Positions 63,371-64,000 of a DNA stretch of 64,000 bases are shown here, in pieces. The stretch is from Octopus sinensis (lineage: Eukaryota), in assembly GCF_006345805.1 (NCBI RefSeq), contig NC_043009.1, forward strand, positions 7,502,001 to 7,566,000, in the 5' to 3' direction. The notes beneath the pieces were generated by a model. It saw only the letters and a program-made list of their open reading frames with translations, searched no databases and had not been told where the DNA came from. How positions within the stretch are numbered: position 1 is the stretch's first letter; every line of letters starts with the position of its first letter. Both the position numbers and the translations under genes were made by a program.

Positions 63371-64000
63371 TTATGTCAGGTCACTTTCGGGTGCTACTGG
63401 TAACATATAACCCAATACAACCTGTTGCATGGTCGGGTCGTCGGCGACTAAACCGGCAACCCAACCAAGCTTGCTTGGTGAGGAGTGTGTTTATTGGACA
63501 CCCTGCGGGATGAAAAACAAAACCCGTCAAAGGGCGGAGGAACTCTTGAGAGTCAACGGCCATCCAATGACTGTCTTAAGGCTGTATTATGCGCGGGGAC
63601 ATAGAAATAATCGGACTGAATACCCGATCGCGCGGTTAAACCATTGCAAGTGAAGGAGTTCTAGCCTTTGTTAGGGCATCCTTCTAGGAGAAGGTAACTC
63701 AGGTAACTGGGTTAACTCCGATATAAAATCTGCGGCCCAGTGGTTACCGATGATGTTGACTTGTTCTTCTTTTCGGATTATGGCTGCTGTTGCTTAGTGA
63801 GTGGGATTGACTCAGTGCACAGCCTTTCCTCACTTTTAAAAAATCTTCTTGCACAGGCATTGCACGATAAAAATATTGTTCATGATTGTTGATGGTGCTG
63901 TGAGTCTCAACTGAATGGCTGGCTGTAGCCTTAAAAAGCAAATGAAAGTCACATTCGATCACAACACCAATAACAGTTAAGCTTCGTGCAATGGCCATAC
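63371..64000 (+). mobile_element. Probable 5' UTR of an RTE-clade LINE (runs off the window)
   Basis: GC-richer segment starting right after (GTAT)n, with AGGGCATCCTTCTAGGAGAAGGTAACTC..CTCCGATATAAAA resembling the TCTAGGAGAAGGAAAACTC motif of RTE 5' UTRs (recall). No ORF visible yet. Confidence 0.45.

Overview
Eukaryotic, AT-rich, microsatellite-saturated non-coding DNA with one 100-N scaffold gap (8488-8587). The SINE and repeat content looks like an octopus (coleoid cephalopod) intron or intergenic region; this is inference from repeat recognition, not a database result. No intact protein-coding gene can be supported, and nearly all ORF-track entries are reading frames through simple repeats. 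What can be read directly: about 35 copies or fragments of five tRNA-headed SINE types with shared modules; decayed R4/Dong-like restriction-endonuclease (REL) LINEs, three of them inside (AAT)n tracts; a truncated mariner; a Helitron/PIF1 helicase remnant split by a SINE; a complete hAT MITE with an 8-bp TSD; and a probable RTE 5' UTR at the right edge. The most interesting signal is a set of short (about 170-250 bp) elements embedded in (TA)n runs. Three of them carry hammerhead-ribozyme core geometry (3656-3685, 19003-19030, 50523-50544), consistent with Penelope-like terminal repeats or retrozyme-like elements. A 103-nt hairpin (29685-29787) and a two-exon-like segment with YY1-type motifs (55109-55334) are the other main candidates for function.
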